Positions 52,400-64,000 of a stretch of DNA of 64,000 nt are shown one piece after another. The DNA is from Callorhinchus milii (Eukaryota): contig NW_024704742.1 of assembly GCF_018977255.1 (NCBI RefSeq), positions 88,786,001 through 88,850,000 on the forward strand. The letters are read 5' to 3'. The position numbers and the translations under genes are program-made. The first letter of the stretch is position 1. Every line of letters begins with the position of its first letter. The notes below the pieces were generated by a model, which did not search any database, was not told where the DNA came from, and saw only the letters and a list, made by a program, of their open reading frames with translations.

Positions 52400-54467
52400 C
52401 CTCTTCTCAAGTGCAAAGAGGTTGTGGACTTCCTAACCTCTAAAATTGACAACATCTACCTGGTAACTTCATCCTTTTGCTCCGTGTCACCTACCACCAC
52501 CCCCATTCTGTCTCCCTCACCCACCCTGCCCTCAGCTTCTACCACTGCCCCATTCCTACATTCATTTGCCCCCATCTCTCCTTCCTCCCTCTCATCCACC
52601 ATCACCATAATGAAACCCACCAACTGCTGCCTCAACCTTCTCCCCGCCCTGCTGCTGATTACCCAGTTCCCCCTCCTCTGCCCACTGCTGGCAGACACTA
52701 TTAACCAGTATATCTCCTCAGGATCAGTCCCACTTCCCTTCAAAACCACGGTCATCACCCACCTCCTTAAAAAACCTACCCTTGATCCCTCCAACCTCGG
52801 CCACTACCACCCTTTCTCAAACCTGTCCTTCCTTGCCAAAGCTCTGGAGTGCGTTATTACCAACAAACCTCGCACACACCTCTCCCTCCACACCCTACTT
52901 GAGCCCCTCCAGTCCTGTTTCCACCTTGCCCACAGTATACAGACAGCGCTCGAGAAAATCACAAACGACATCATCTCTATCTGTGACCAGGGCTCCCTCT
53001 GTCTCCTCATCATCCTGGATCTCTCTGCTGCGTTCAACACAGTCGATCACACCATCCTCCCCCCCGCCTGTCCTCCATCATCCACCTCAGTAGGACCGCA
53101 CTCGTTTGGTTCGAGTCCTATCTTACAAACCTCCAGCACTACATTTCTGCAAATCGCTCTTCTTCGCGCTTCTACCCGGTCACCTGCGGGATAGCCCCAG
53201 GATCCATCCTTGGCCCCCTTCCCTTCCTCATCTGTATGCTCCCTCTCAGTGATGTCATCCGCAGACACGGGATTAACTTCCACATGTATGCGGATGACGC
53301 TCAACTCTACTTTTTCACTGCAGATGTGACCCCCAGTCCCCTGATGTTCTGTCAGCTTGTTTGTTGGACATCAGGAGCTGGATGAGCACAAATTTCCTTC
53401 AGTTAAAAGTCAACATGATGGAAGCCATACTCTTAGGCTCCCACTAACGTCTTCTGTCCCATGGTTCCAACCTCCTCAACCTACCCGACCTGTCCTTAAA
53501 ATTCTCCGAACCCATGCGCAACTTAGACGTCAGGTTCGATCCCCAGTTATCCTTTCTTCCCCACATCCGGTCCCTGACCAGCACCGCTTTCTTCCCCCTT
53601 CGCCACATTGCCAGTGTCCGACAATACCTCACCCCAAAAGCTGATGAAACCCTTGTCCATGCCTTTGTCACCTCTCGGCTGGACTACTCTAACGCCCTCT
53701 TCACCGGTTTCTCCTCCTCTGCAGGAGTCCTGTAGCTCAGTGGTTAGAGCACTCGCTTTGCAAACAAGTGAGAGACCTGAGTTCAATTCCAGGCAGAGGG
53801 CGAAACCTTGGGCAAGTTTCCTTACTCCACACGCCTAATAATAATCTCTCCAAAAAAAACAAAAATAAATTGGCCATTTTCAATCCATGACTGTTTGTGG
53901 GACAATGCTGTGCGCAATTGGCTGCCGCGTTCACCCACAAATATACAGTCAATTCACTTTACAGCATATTCTGTGAAGCGCTTTGGGACATCTAGAAGAT
54001 GTGAAAAGTGCTATATCAAATGCAAGGATTATTATTATTATATTACTCCAGTCCTTGCCAAACTCCACTGGCTCCCTGTCACAGAGCGGATCAACTTCAA
54101 GATCCTCATTCTTGTGTTTAAATCCCTCCATTACTTGGTACCCCCCTGTCTCTCTCCCCACAGCAGTGCCCGCTGCCTCCGCTTTACTGGGTCCAGCTTC
54201 CTCCGTGTTCCCCGAATCCTCCGCTCCACCATCGGCGGCCGTACCTTCAGCTACTGCATCCCGAAACTCTGGAACTCCCTCCCTCAACCCCTTCGCCTCG
54301 TCTCCTCCTTCCCCATCTTCAGATCGCATCTGAAGACCTTCCTCTTCGACCGCGCCTAAGGTCACCTTCCCTCTCCCCCAGGCTCGGCCTCGGGCTCCAC
54401 CATTGTTAAGTGCTCTGAGACACCACCCGGCATGGAGGGCGCTACATAAATACAAGTTGTTGTTGTT
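52400..54467 (+). mobile_element. L2 LINE, ~2 kb, reverse transcriptase remnant plus 3' end
   Basis: LLKKPTLDP, ILLDLSAAF-like ILDLSAAFNTVDH, PQGSILGP, HMYADDAQLY at ~53281-53310, SRLDYSNAL, PKLWNSLP; stops and frameshifts present. Confidence 0.95.
53724..54043 (+). mobile_element. Young SINE, short variant, inside L2
   Basis: Highly similar to 2785-3110. Confidence 0.95.
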
Positions 54468-55064
54468 GAAAAGAGGAGTTGTTCCTGGCCAACAATCCCC
54501 CAAATTAAATGGGTCTTTCATTTCACAGTTGTTTGTGGGACATTACTGCATTAACCTACAATCACACAGGACATTCTCCCGAATTAAAGGTATTATACTA
54601 AATCCAAAGATTATTATTCATTAACCCATCAGAGACTTGAAATTTAGGGCAGATATTTCTATTCTCACTGGTAAAGCACAAATTGATATGTTTTTAGAAA
54701 GACTTGTAACCAATCACCCCATGCATGCAAGGTAGTTAGAGAACTCAGCAAGGCAACCCTGCATTTTATCAGGGAATGTGCATCCTGCATATCCTGTACC
54801 TCTCACAATCCCAGGTTATGTTTCCTTGGGCTATGCCCTGTGTTACCATACTCCTTCCACTTGTGTCAATATCTGCCCAAGAAAAAAAACATCACACACA
54901 GTTAGACGGGATAATTACAGGTTTTATTGTATAGATAGGTTCACAATGGCTGCTTCCCACCACACAGCACAACACCACTTTGAAAAAAGTCAAGGAAACT
55001 ATTATATAAATGGTGACCACTTGGACATGAAACATTTTAATTATTGCCACACATCACATAGTCA

Positions 55065-55190
55065 ATAATGTCACTAAGCATTGAGATAGAAATTGTAATA
55101 TGTGCCTGGACTATGAACTCAAAGTCTCAACATGGGTTCTGAATTTACAGCCTTCTGATTCAGAGGCATGCGTGCTACCAAATGACACCC
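55065..55190 (-). mobile_element. Deu-domain SINE head
   Basis: CCTTCTGATTCAGAGGCATGCGTGCTACCAA. Confidence 0.6.
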
Positions 55191-56126
55191 TGATTTATTT
55201 CATTACAGTGTGGAGTAATAAATAGGTATCGAGACATTTTTGTCTAATTTACACTGATGCAAATATTAGAGTAAAAAAACAAAATGCTTTGAGTTAACAC
55301 AATTTGAATTTATATATCTATATATTTAAAAATCTAAAAGGAATAATTAGGATATTTGTATTGGCCATCAATCTCTTGATAAATATTGGTGCTCCATTAG
55401 AACCAAGATTGTTCAGCAGGGTAATAGCTACTATTAATTTATGCTGTGGAGCTCTAATCACACATATGGTGAAGGTAAAGTGCTGACCTTTCTGAATGTC
55501 TATTGGAAGAGCTGTACATGTTAACTAAAAAGAAATTGATCTAAAAACCCTGAGCAAAAATATTAACAGCAAGAAATACACCGACATGCCTGGGACAAAT
55601 GCCAATTCAAGCATGTAGTTTGATGTGACCCGATTGTAGATTTTCCTATAAATGCCAGAATTTGGATCGCTTTAAGTTGAGCTGCATCTATTCTTTCAAT
55701 CGATTGGCAGAACTCAAACGCAAAGCCATTTTTTACATTCTTCTATCTTTCACAATTTCCTCTCCATTGCATATGATGTCTTTGCATGGAGTAACACCAA
55801 TATAGTGTGTGTTTTTTATTAGCAGGATTGGAAAGCAGTTGCTGGTGATCTATTAGGAAAGGAGGAATTGGCTAACTCTTGAACACACTGGTGGACTATA
55901 TAAGAAAAGTCAAGGATGCAAAGAGACTACTTGGGCCATCCAAATTCATCCAAATTCATCTGATCGAGGTGCTTGAAAAGGAGCTAGATAATGGGGAAGC
56001 AAGTAGATTAAAAGATATGGCAAAAATGTGGGGAAATCATAAATCAATGGAAAAGGAAAGAACCATTGAACTGGCGCCTTATCACGTGACTGAGATGTCT
56101 CAAAGCCCTTCACAGAATATAATGTA

Positions 56127-56850
56127 CAACAACAACTTGCATTTATATAGCACCCTTCTCGCGGGGTGGGGTCCTGGAATGCTTGACAATGGCGGAGTCT
56201 GACCCTGTGTCAGGAGGATAGGGAGTGGAGAGGTGACCACAAACACAATCAAAAAGGAAGGTCTTTCGGCGGGATTTGAAAGTGGGAAGGGAGGGGCCAA
56301 GCTGGAGGGATTGATGGAGAGATTTCCAGAGTTTCGGGGCATAGTGGCTAAAATCACGGCTGCCGATGGTTGAGCGGAGGGGACGAGAGGGTCTTGAGTC
56401 ATGCCTTGAAGGAAGCAAGGGAGGGAGCAAGCCGAAAGGATTGTGGAATGGAGTTCCAAATGGCTGTAAGCCAGGCCGCCAATGGTAGGGCAGGTCAGAC
56501 CGGAGCCTGCTGAGTGGAGGGACCGGACAGATTGATAGGGTGTTAGCCGGTAAGAGAGGTAGGAGGGGGCAAGGCCGTGGAGGGCCTTGAAAGTGAGGAT
56601 GAGGATTTTGAATTTTATCCTCTGAGGGATGGGGAGCCAGGCGAGGGTGGGGTTTGATGGGAACATGGAGCCTGGTGTGGAAGAGGACCCGAGCTGCGGA
56701 GTTCTGACTGATCTGTGGCTTGTGGAGGCAATAGTTGGGGAGTCCGAAAAGGAGGGAGTTACCCTGGTCGAGCCTTGAGGTGACGAATGTGTGCAACAAC
56801 AACTTGTATTTATAGAGTGCACTTCTTGCGGGATAGCATCCTGGAGAGCT
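56127..56850 (-). mobile_element. Composite of L2 3' ends inserted in a SINE (host pieces 56073-56126 and 56972-57020)
   Basis: Two successive KT-LF-type ends (~56260, ~56390) and a second (CAA)n tail at 56795. Confidence 0.85.
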
Positions 56851-57139
56851 TCATCGACGAATGGGAGCATGTAGATAAGAAAAATAAGGGGGGCCTGCAA
56901 GTGTGCGGGCGAGGGTGGGAGGAGAAAAACATTTGCTGAGATGTATTGTTGATGGTTTGTTGGTGGTTTGGAAAGTGAATTGAGTGTATTTTGTGGGCGA
57001 AATGTGGCAGCCAATTGCACCCAGTTACAGTAGTTGTAGAGAAGCTACTTGAGGTAATAACATCAATTTGCATTTATCTTCAAGCAAGATAACATTTTGA
57101 ATTGCTATCTAATAAGGGAAAAAGATGGAACAGATAAAA

Positions 57140-57350
57140 TATACCTAACATGGTTTCATAAAGGGAAGAACGTGTCTAACTCATTGGATTCAAATACTTT
57201 GAAGAAGTGACCAAAAATGTGGATAAGGGAGATTCAGCAGATATTGTTTATTTGGAGTTTAGCAAGTTATTTGATAAGGTGCCACATAAGAGACTTGTAG
57301 CCAGAATTAAAGTACATGAAATAGATGGAAGAGCAGCAAATTGATAAATT
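57140..57350 (+). mobile_element. CR1 RT fragment
   Basis: HGFIKGRTCLT, FEEVTKNVDKG...IVYLEFSKLFDKVPHKRL. Confidence 0.8.
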
Positions 57351-57709
57351 GTTACAAGTGGGATCATAGGCTGTTAAAAGGAAAAGTGGGATTCTGGGTT
57401 TTATACACTGAGCCAATGCATACAAAACTAATGACGATATGATAGATAAATAATAATAATAATAATCCTAGCATTCAATGTAGCTTGTTATGTCATTGAA
57501 ACATCTCAAAGTGCTTCATAGAATTTACTGTAAAGTTTAGTGATTTTTAGGCGAACATGGCAGCCAATTTACAGAGTCCTGTAATATTTCTGTAATCTCC
57601 TCATATCCCATTTCTTTGCCCACTCCCGCTCTGTGAACTCAGATCTGCTGCATCTTCCGACCCCTTCGTATCACCATTGCTGGGCAAGTCTTCAGCTTCT
57701 ATGCCTCTA

Positions 57710-57990
57710 ATAATAATAACCCTTACATTTGGCACAGCAATTTCCATATTGGGAGGATGTCTCAAAGCCCTTCACAGGATATACTGTAAATTATAATGAC
57801 TGTGTAGTTTTCAGTCAAATTCATCAGCCAATTTACTCACTGCAATGTCCCACGTAAAGCCATGTAGTGAATGACTTCATTTTATCTGGAGGATGGATTG
57901 TTGTCCAGGACACTGGGAGAATCTCCCTTCTCTTTTTAAATAGTGACATGGGATCTTTAACATCTAAATAGCCAGAAGGGGACTTGGTTT
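57710..57990 (-). mobile_element. Deu-type SINE 3' part
   Basis: Tail through GACATGGGATCTTTAACATC...GGTTT; resumes at ~58335. Confidence 0.75.
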
Positions 57991-58330
57991 AATAATTATG
58001 ATAATCCTTGCATTTGGTATAGTGCATTATCATGTCGTTGAGATGTCTCAAAATGCTTCACAGACTATATTGTAAAGTGCATTGACTGTATTTTGTGGGC
58101 AAAATGCAGGAGCCAATTGTGCATAGCAGTGTCCCACAAACAATCGTGGATTGAGCAGATAAATTTTTTTGGGGGAGGGATTATTACCACCGGAAATGAT
58201 CCGCCAATCCACTAATAACTGGATTCCTACTTACTGCTAAGTAAACCGAGGTATGTGGAGTAAGGAAACTTGCCTAAGGTTTCGCCCTGACTTTGATTCA
58301 CACCTGTGTCCTCTCACTTGGAGGCGAGTG
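57991..58330 (-). mobile_element. SINE, long variant
   Basis: TTCCTACTTACTGCTAAGTAAAC segment, head remnant and tail. Confidence 0.88.
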
Positions 58331-58645
58331 CGCATTTAACATCTCAGCTGAAGGATGGATTTTACTTGTGATATTAGCCCATAATAATGGGAAAGTATTT
58401 ACAGCTTTACTCAATGTAACCATTTTATCATCTTTAACTCCATGGCACATCACACAGCAAGGCGTGATGGGAATGGGAATGCCTGGCAGTTAGGCTTTCC
58501 ATTTCCATGGCTGTATCTGAACTTCCTAACCTTCCTAAACTTTGTAACTCCCTCCCTCTACCCCTTTGTCTCACTCTCTCTCAATCTGTCCTTAAATCCT
58601 GCCTAAAACCTATCTCTTTGACAGTGCCTGTCATTATCCCCCTAT

Positions 58646-59633
58646 TGTGATCAGAAGTGAATTATTCAAAAATATTTTGGTTAAATTAGGTATGCTTATG
58701 CCTGTAAGATAGTGTCAAGTTTTTCTGCAGAATAATAGTTATAATAATTATAAAATATTGATTTGATTAGGAGAATGTTGCTTATGTTTGTTAGCAAGTG
58801 TTTAGATGACTTGCACAACTACAATTAAAATTGAGCTGAATTACAGAACTTCAATCTAAGCACAACAAGTGTCAAGGGGTAGCTGGTATAACACTAAATA
58901 AAATGGCAAGAGAAGATGTCATTATTGAATTATGAAGAGTTAAATTGGCTAAGAAAGAAGTGAATTTGTTATTACGAGTGTAGTTTGTTGTGTCGCAAAT
59001 TCATTGCTGCTGTACAGTCCTGAAGTTTTAACCAGAATTTTCTCAAGGACCCAAGGCTTATGTGATTAAAACAATCAAGTGGGTGACAAAGTGCTGACAT
59101 GCACTTTGATCAGCCTGAAATAGATAACCATGACATAAAGAAGCTACACTTCAGTGGTTAGGCAGTTGAGTTGGCGTGAGAGCGAGTAGACTGTTTGTTC
59201 CTCCAAGAGGGCAGAACTCCCACTCGAGTTTCTGAGATTCAAGTCATTCAAGCATCCAAGATTCAAGTAATATCAGAGAAGAAGAAAGAAGAGACATTAA
59301 TGATACAAGAACACAGTTACAAGAGATTCAATGCCCGCTATTGTCAGCGTCCCCAAAACAAAACAAGAGAATTTTGTCTGCTGCCTATGAAATCTGATAT
59401 TGTCACCATTGTGAGAATAAAAGCATCATTTTGTCTAATGTAACTGCTTATTGTAACCCTGTTCATTGAACCAATGCAAAATTGTAAGTCTTTTGTCCTA
59501 GTAGTTGAATGAGTTGTTAAGCATAGAATATAAATAACTTGGTTCCTATGTTCTCAGGTTCCCAACTTTATATTTTGGCTAAATAGAATAAGCTGGTCTT
59601 TTCTGGCCGCACCTTTTGACCCAGGCTTCAACA
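58646..59633 (+). mobile_element. Possible solo LTR
   Basis: TGTGA...TCAACA ends, AATAAA at ~59416; abuts an L2 3' remnant; no TSD seen. Confidence 0.25.
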
Positions 59634-59712
59634 GAGTGGTTAGTTTACTGTTGGCTGAGTTTCTCCCCCTTCTCCCCACATGCCCTCATCCTTGCTTTAA
59701 GTTTGTCCCCTT

Positions 59713-60213
59713 CCCTTATTTACGAAAGGACATACTCGCCTTAGAGGGGGCGCAGTGTAGATTCACTTGGTTGGTTCCTGGGATAAGGGGGTTGACTTTG
59801 AGGAGAGGTTGACTAAACTAGGCCTATATTCTCTAGAATATAGAAGAATTAGAGGTGATCTTATGGAAACCTATAAGATTCTTAAGGGTCTTGACAGGGT
59901 AGAGGCCGTGAGACTGTTTCCCCTGTTTGGAGAATCTAAAACTCGGGGTCATAGTCTCAAGATTAAGGGTCAACCTTTTCAAACAGAGTTGAGGAAACAT
60001 TTCTTCACTCAGAGGGTAGTGAATTTGTGGAATTATCTACCCAGAAGGCTGTGGATGCTCAGTCCTTGAACAGATAGATTTCTAAAGGGTAGATGATTTA
60101 GGGGATATGGGGGCTAAATGGAATTAGGTTAGAAGATCAGCCATGATCTTATTAAATGGCGGAGCAGGCTCAAGGGGCTGAATGGCCACTCCTGCTCCTA
60201 CATCTTATGGTCT
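59713..60213 (+). mobile_element. CR1 3' fragment
   Basis: FEERLTKLGLYSLEYRRIRGDLMETYKIL...FFTQRVVNLWN; CCTGCTCCTACATCTTATGG end. Confidence 0.92.
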
Positions 60214-62329
60214 CTTCTTTTTTCCCCTGCTTAATTTAATGCACTTTTCCGAGTTTACTTTATCTTTAGCATTTCATGTTTTATATACTTCAGTGAGGTT
60301 GCTCTTCAAGCATTATGTGTAATCCTTAGTGGCCTTGTGGGAAGAATTCTTGGCAGTCTAATAATGGACATGTTTCTGGATGTGTTGACTGACTCTGAGT
60401 CAGAAGGGACTGGAGTTAGATTTGTTTCCTTGTACTGCAGTGGTCACTGTACATCAGGTTCTTGGTAATGTCACAGCAAGCATTGCAGTCATATTCCCAG
60501 GTGAGTTGGTAACATGTCTCTTTCCAGGTTCGTTGGGGAACCCGGCACATGAGTTCGACCTGAGGTTCACCTGCTCGGTTTGAAAAAGTAAAGAAATCTG
60601 TGCTGTGAAAATAAATGCTGATTAAAAAGGAGTGTGTCTTAGCCTTTGTTTACATTGTACATCAACTGAAAGGTCTGAAAGGCGCACACAAAGTCAACCT
60701 ACAAATATACACATTTACTAAACTTTACAATGAAATTCTGTGTCTTTTAAGGCACTATATGAAATGCAAGGATTATTATTATATATGAGCTGTAACCCAA
60801 CTGCTTAGAATTATCAGTTCATTGTGGTCAGTGTGCTTAAAAGGATATTAATTGTCTCTCCATTGAGTTGTTCCCTATATTCACCAATGTGAAATTAGTG
60901 ATTCAAATAAAGATAGTAACTTCAAACTTTACAGCTGCACTGGAGTGAGATAGAGGAGGTAGGTCAGGATTGGGTGAGACACAGGAGGTAGCTTAGGACT
61001 GGGGTGGATATAGCATGTAGTACTGTTGAGTAACTTGCTTAAAATATCCTGTCTTAACTTTGGTAGAAATAATGAATGTTAAGTTAATGGACCTGAAACA
61101 TGAAATTATGGTTGTATAACTATTGTATTTACCCACAGAATAGAAAGAACTGGGGANGGGGGTGGATATACCAAGTAATGTTAAGTATGAAAACCTGAAC
61201 AAGCCTTAATGTCTGAAATGAAAAACAGTGAATTTATCTGGTGTGAGGCTATTAAGCTTGTTTGGGTGGTAAATATACAGTGATTAAGATTACTTAGCCA
61301 AAACAAGAGTTTATGCTTTGTGTTGGAACAAATTAAGCGAACCAGTGGAATATGAGATATTATAATGCAAATGAAACAGCTTAACAACTAAAAACGACCC
61401 AGGTGACATTTGCTGATGGACAGCACATTTAGCACTGACAGCAGTGCAGTGAGATGGAGCCCAAACAAGCCAGACACCAGCCATGTTCTGGGGAGAGGTG
61501 GGGGGGTCTGTGTACAGTGCTCTGGTGAAGGAATTCATCAAGAGGAAAGATAAATCAACAGTGTCTGGGAGGCAGCAAGTGGGCATGATACACCCAGGAT
61601 TCAATTTCCAAAATAATTCAAAATGAAGGATACAAGAGGCAGCAGCGTTTGCATTCAAAGCACATTGACAAAAAAACCACAGGAAGAGAAAATAAAAAAT
61701 TGCGAGCAACTTTAACATTGTGCTGAGCTTTGAAGGTCACACTTTCCTGCATAAAGGTTTTGTTCACAGACGTGTCAGTGACATGGATCATGTAAAAACA
61801 CTTCACCGTGTGACTTAAGTCTCGAGGAATCATACATATGTGATTGTTGTATATTCCTTCCCTCTCCGAACAAAGAGATGCTTTGTCGAACGCTTTCTCT
61901 CGAGTTTCTTTAAGTCTTTTTGTGTACATGCAGAGTTGATGATGCCAATAGATGGTTGTCTTTGGAGGAGTTACTGAGGCCACCAGCATGAAGTGAATTA
62001 ATCCTTTACTCAGGGTGCTTCACTGATTTTATAATTTCAACTATGCGGTTTAATTAATCTCCTTCAACCTGTCAACCTCAGTCACCCTGCAAGCCAGTCT
62101 CTGATTAGTTTTCACCAGCTAAACATGGATTCTCAAAACCCTCAACAGGAACAGACAGATTGAAAGGATGCTACCATTTTTTTTGAAAAAAAGGAGTAAG
62201 AACAAGGAAATTTACTGTTCTTTGCCATTTTTTCTCCATTCCTGAGGTCGCTTACTCATGCAGGATTAGCAGTTCCATGGACCCCAATGTAATCAGTCTG
62301 ACCAATTGTCCATTCTTATTATATAACAG

Positions 62330-63175
62330 TGACAATGCAAGGGCGGGAGCAAAAAGTATTGAATGAGATGAAGTGGAAGCAGTGGGTGAAGTAGGATTGA
62401 AACCAGTAGAGCGTGGTTCCACAAAGGTGGACGAGAGAGGAAAGGTGATCAAGGAGGGTGGAGTAGTCAACAGCATCAGAAAACAGCAGAGTGATCAGAG
62501 AGGACAAGGAAGTAGAAGGAACCCTAGTCAGAGAGAGTGAGGGTACATCATTACTGATTTCGTCGAGCGCTGTCTCAGTACTGACTTCCTGTCTCAGAAG
62601 GACTCAAGCAAAGAGTGGAGACAGATGTGAACAGAGTTGAATGAGTGCAACAATGCGATCAAGAACTTTGGAAAGGAACAGCAAATTGGAGTTGGAGCAT
62701 TAATTGGAGAACTTGGAAGGATCAATGGTTTTGAAGAAGGGGTGATGGTGGTTTTCAAGGGAAGGGGACAGTGCCAGAAAAGAGGGACAGGTTGACTTTG
62801 TCTACCAATAGGAGGCAAAGGAGGGGCTATCGAGTGGTTAGAGGCTGATGCAGGGTGATGGGGAGTGGGATGGGGGGTAAACGGCAGTAGGTGGTACGTT
62901 TTGTGTGAGTGAGTAGAGAAGGGCAAAGGAGAAATGGTGGCAACGTGTGCTTCATAGGGATATTGGAAGGGGGCACAGGGGAGGTGGGATGGAATGGAAG
63001 GAAGGAAAGGAGAGGAGGAGAAAGATGCAGCTTGGCAGATTTTGCTGAAGAGATGACCTCCCCCATTTGGAATAAAAGGTGAGGATGGAGGTGGCTTGGG
63101 AGGAGGAGAGGACTGGAGGAGTTGATTAGTGATGGAGAACCAGAGCCATAATTTGTCTGAGTCATGTGGCCCTCC
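62330..63175 (-). mobile_element. Degraded L2 RT-region fragment
   Basis: Reverse similarity to 52500-53180 (KTTITP..KP, STETAL, AVDYSTLLDHLSSLVHLCGTTLYWFQSY). Confidence 0.75.
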
Positions 63176-63839
63176 CCTTTAAGGAAAATATTCCACTGCA
63201 CATGTCCAGCAGTGTAGTATCAGTACTTTGCCATAATCCATACCATCCCCATGCACAGCACCGTACCCTCTTTGCTGCATATCGACTGCAGGAGATGTAT
63301 AACACTACTTGGCAGCTAACAAATGTAAGTATTCAGCACGCTTTCATTTCTTACTGTGAATTCTCTATGCTAGCAATTGAAATGGTGCTAAAAGCTATGT
63401 GCTTTTTTCCTCTGTTGTTTTTTTTTCCCCCAGGGTCAACATTTGATCTCCCTGGCAATCCACCAGTCTGTGCAAGACTGATCTTGCTGTTGGTCTTGGG
63501 GCTATGCATCTGATCCATTACATATGTTTGATCCATCCATTATTCCTTGTGATCTGAAGCTGTAAGGGTCCTACATAAAATTTGTCTTGAGCGTCTCGTT
63601 CCCCAGAGGGGAGCTGGGTCCACAGCACAAAACTGACTGTACTTCATATTAAATTGCCACCACGTTGTGACTCTCAGTAAGAGAACTACAGAGATCACTG
63701 GTTTAGGAAGTTAAACAATTCAGAGGAGTGCTCTTCTCAATTTGAAGTTAAAGGAGAAATGTGTTCTGCCAATTGTCACATAATGATTGAAACTCCATTA
63801 CCTTTATTGATATCTTGGTACATTACTTTGGTGTTTTGC

Positions 63840-64000
63840 TTGAGCACTGAGCTATTTCAAACATAACAACCGGTCTTCTCCTTGAATGACTTTTTCTACC
63901 CTCCAGAATATAGCCTCAATGACTTTATGTCACCTCACTGCTTCTGAAACCTTTATCCATGCTTCTGTCACCTGAAGGATTGATAATTCCAATGATCTAT
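63840..64000 (+). mobile_element. Old L2 fragment running off the window
   Basis: SETFIHASVT*RIDNSN. Confidence 0.65.

Larger units (their letters stand above)
52075..54620 (+). mobile_element. Deu-domain SINE split by a SINE fragment (52220-52335, minus) and an L2
   Basis: Pieces ~52075-52210, ~52340-52385 and ~54468-54620 are collinear with the DeuSINE. Confidence 0.7.

Noticed and set aside
52424..53194. 256-aa ORF as a functional RT or domesticated gene
   Set aside because: Frameshifts before PQG, a stop codon, decayed motifs and 5' truncation
56100..57020. 306-aa ORF
   Set aside because: Read-through across SINE and L2 pieces; C-rich sequence is poor in stop codons
61311..61989. Two overlapping minus-strand ORFs (135 and 123 aa)
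   Set aside because: No recognisable domain or convincing splice sites
1..64000. CRISPR array, operon or prokaryote-type defence system
   Set aside because: No regularly spaced direct repeats or gene-dense segment; the content is eukaryotic retroposon-rich DNA

Overview
Vertebrate non-coding DNA dominated by layered retroposons. The repeat repertoire suggests a cartilaginous fish, probably a chimaera such as Callorhinchus; this is recalled from consensus sequences, not searched. The window holds many copies of a young tRNA-headed SINE in long and short variants with an L2-type 3' hairpin tail, older Deu-domain SINEs, AmnSINE2-like SINE relics, many L2 and CR1 LINE fragments, and one ancient LINE relic from a third lineage. 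Nearly all ORFs in the track are TE-derived or spurious. The only gene-like signal is a possible terminal coding exon at 9998-10265 (+), which I cannot identify. The most notable structures are a 125-bp-arm inverted repeat (13509-14194), an unclassified three-copy repeat, a SINE head-swap series, multi-layer nested insertions with target-site duplications, and a possible solo LTR. I found no evidence for a novel multi-gene system. Boundaries of degraded repeats are approximate.
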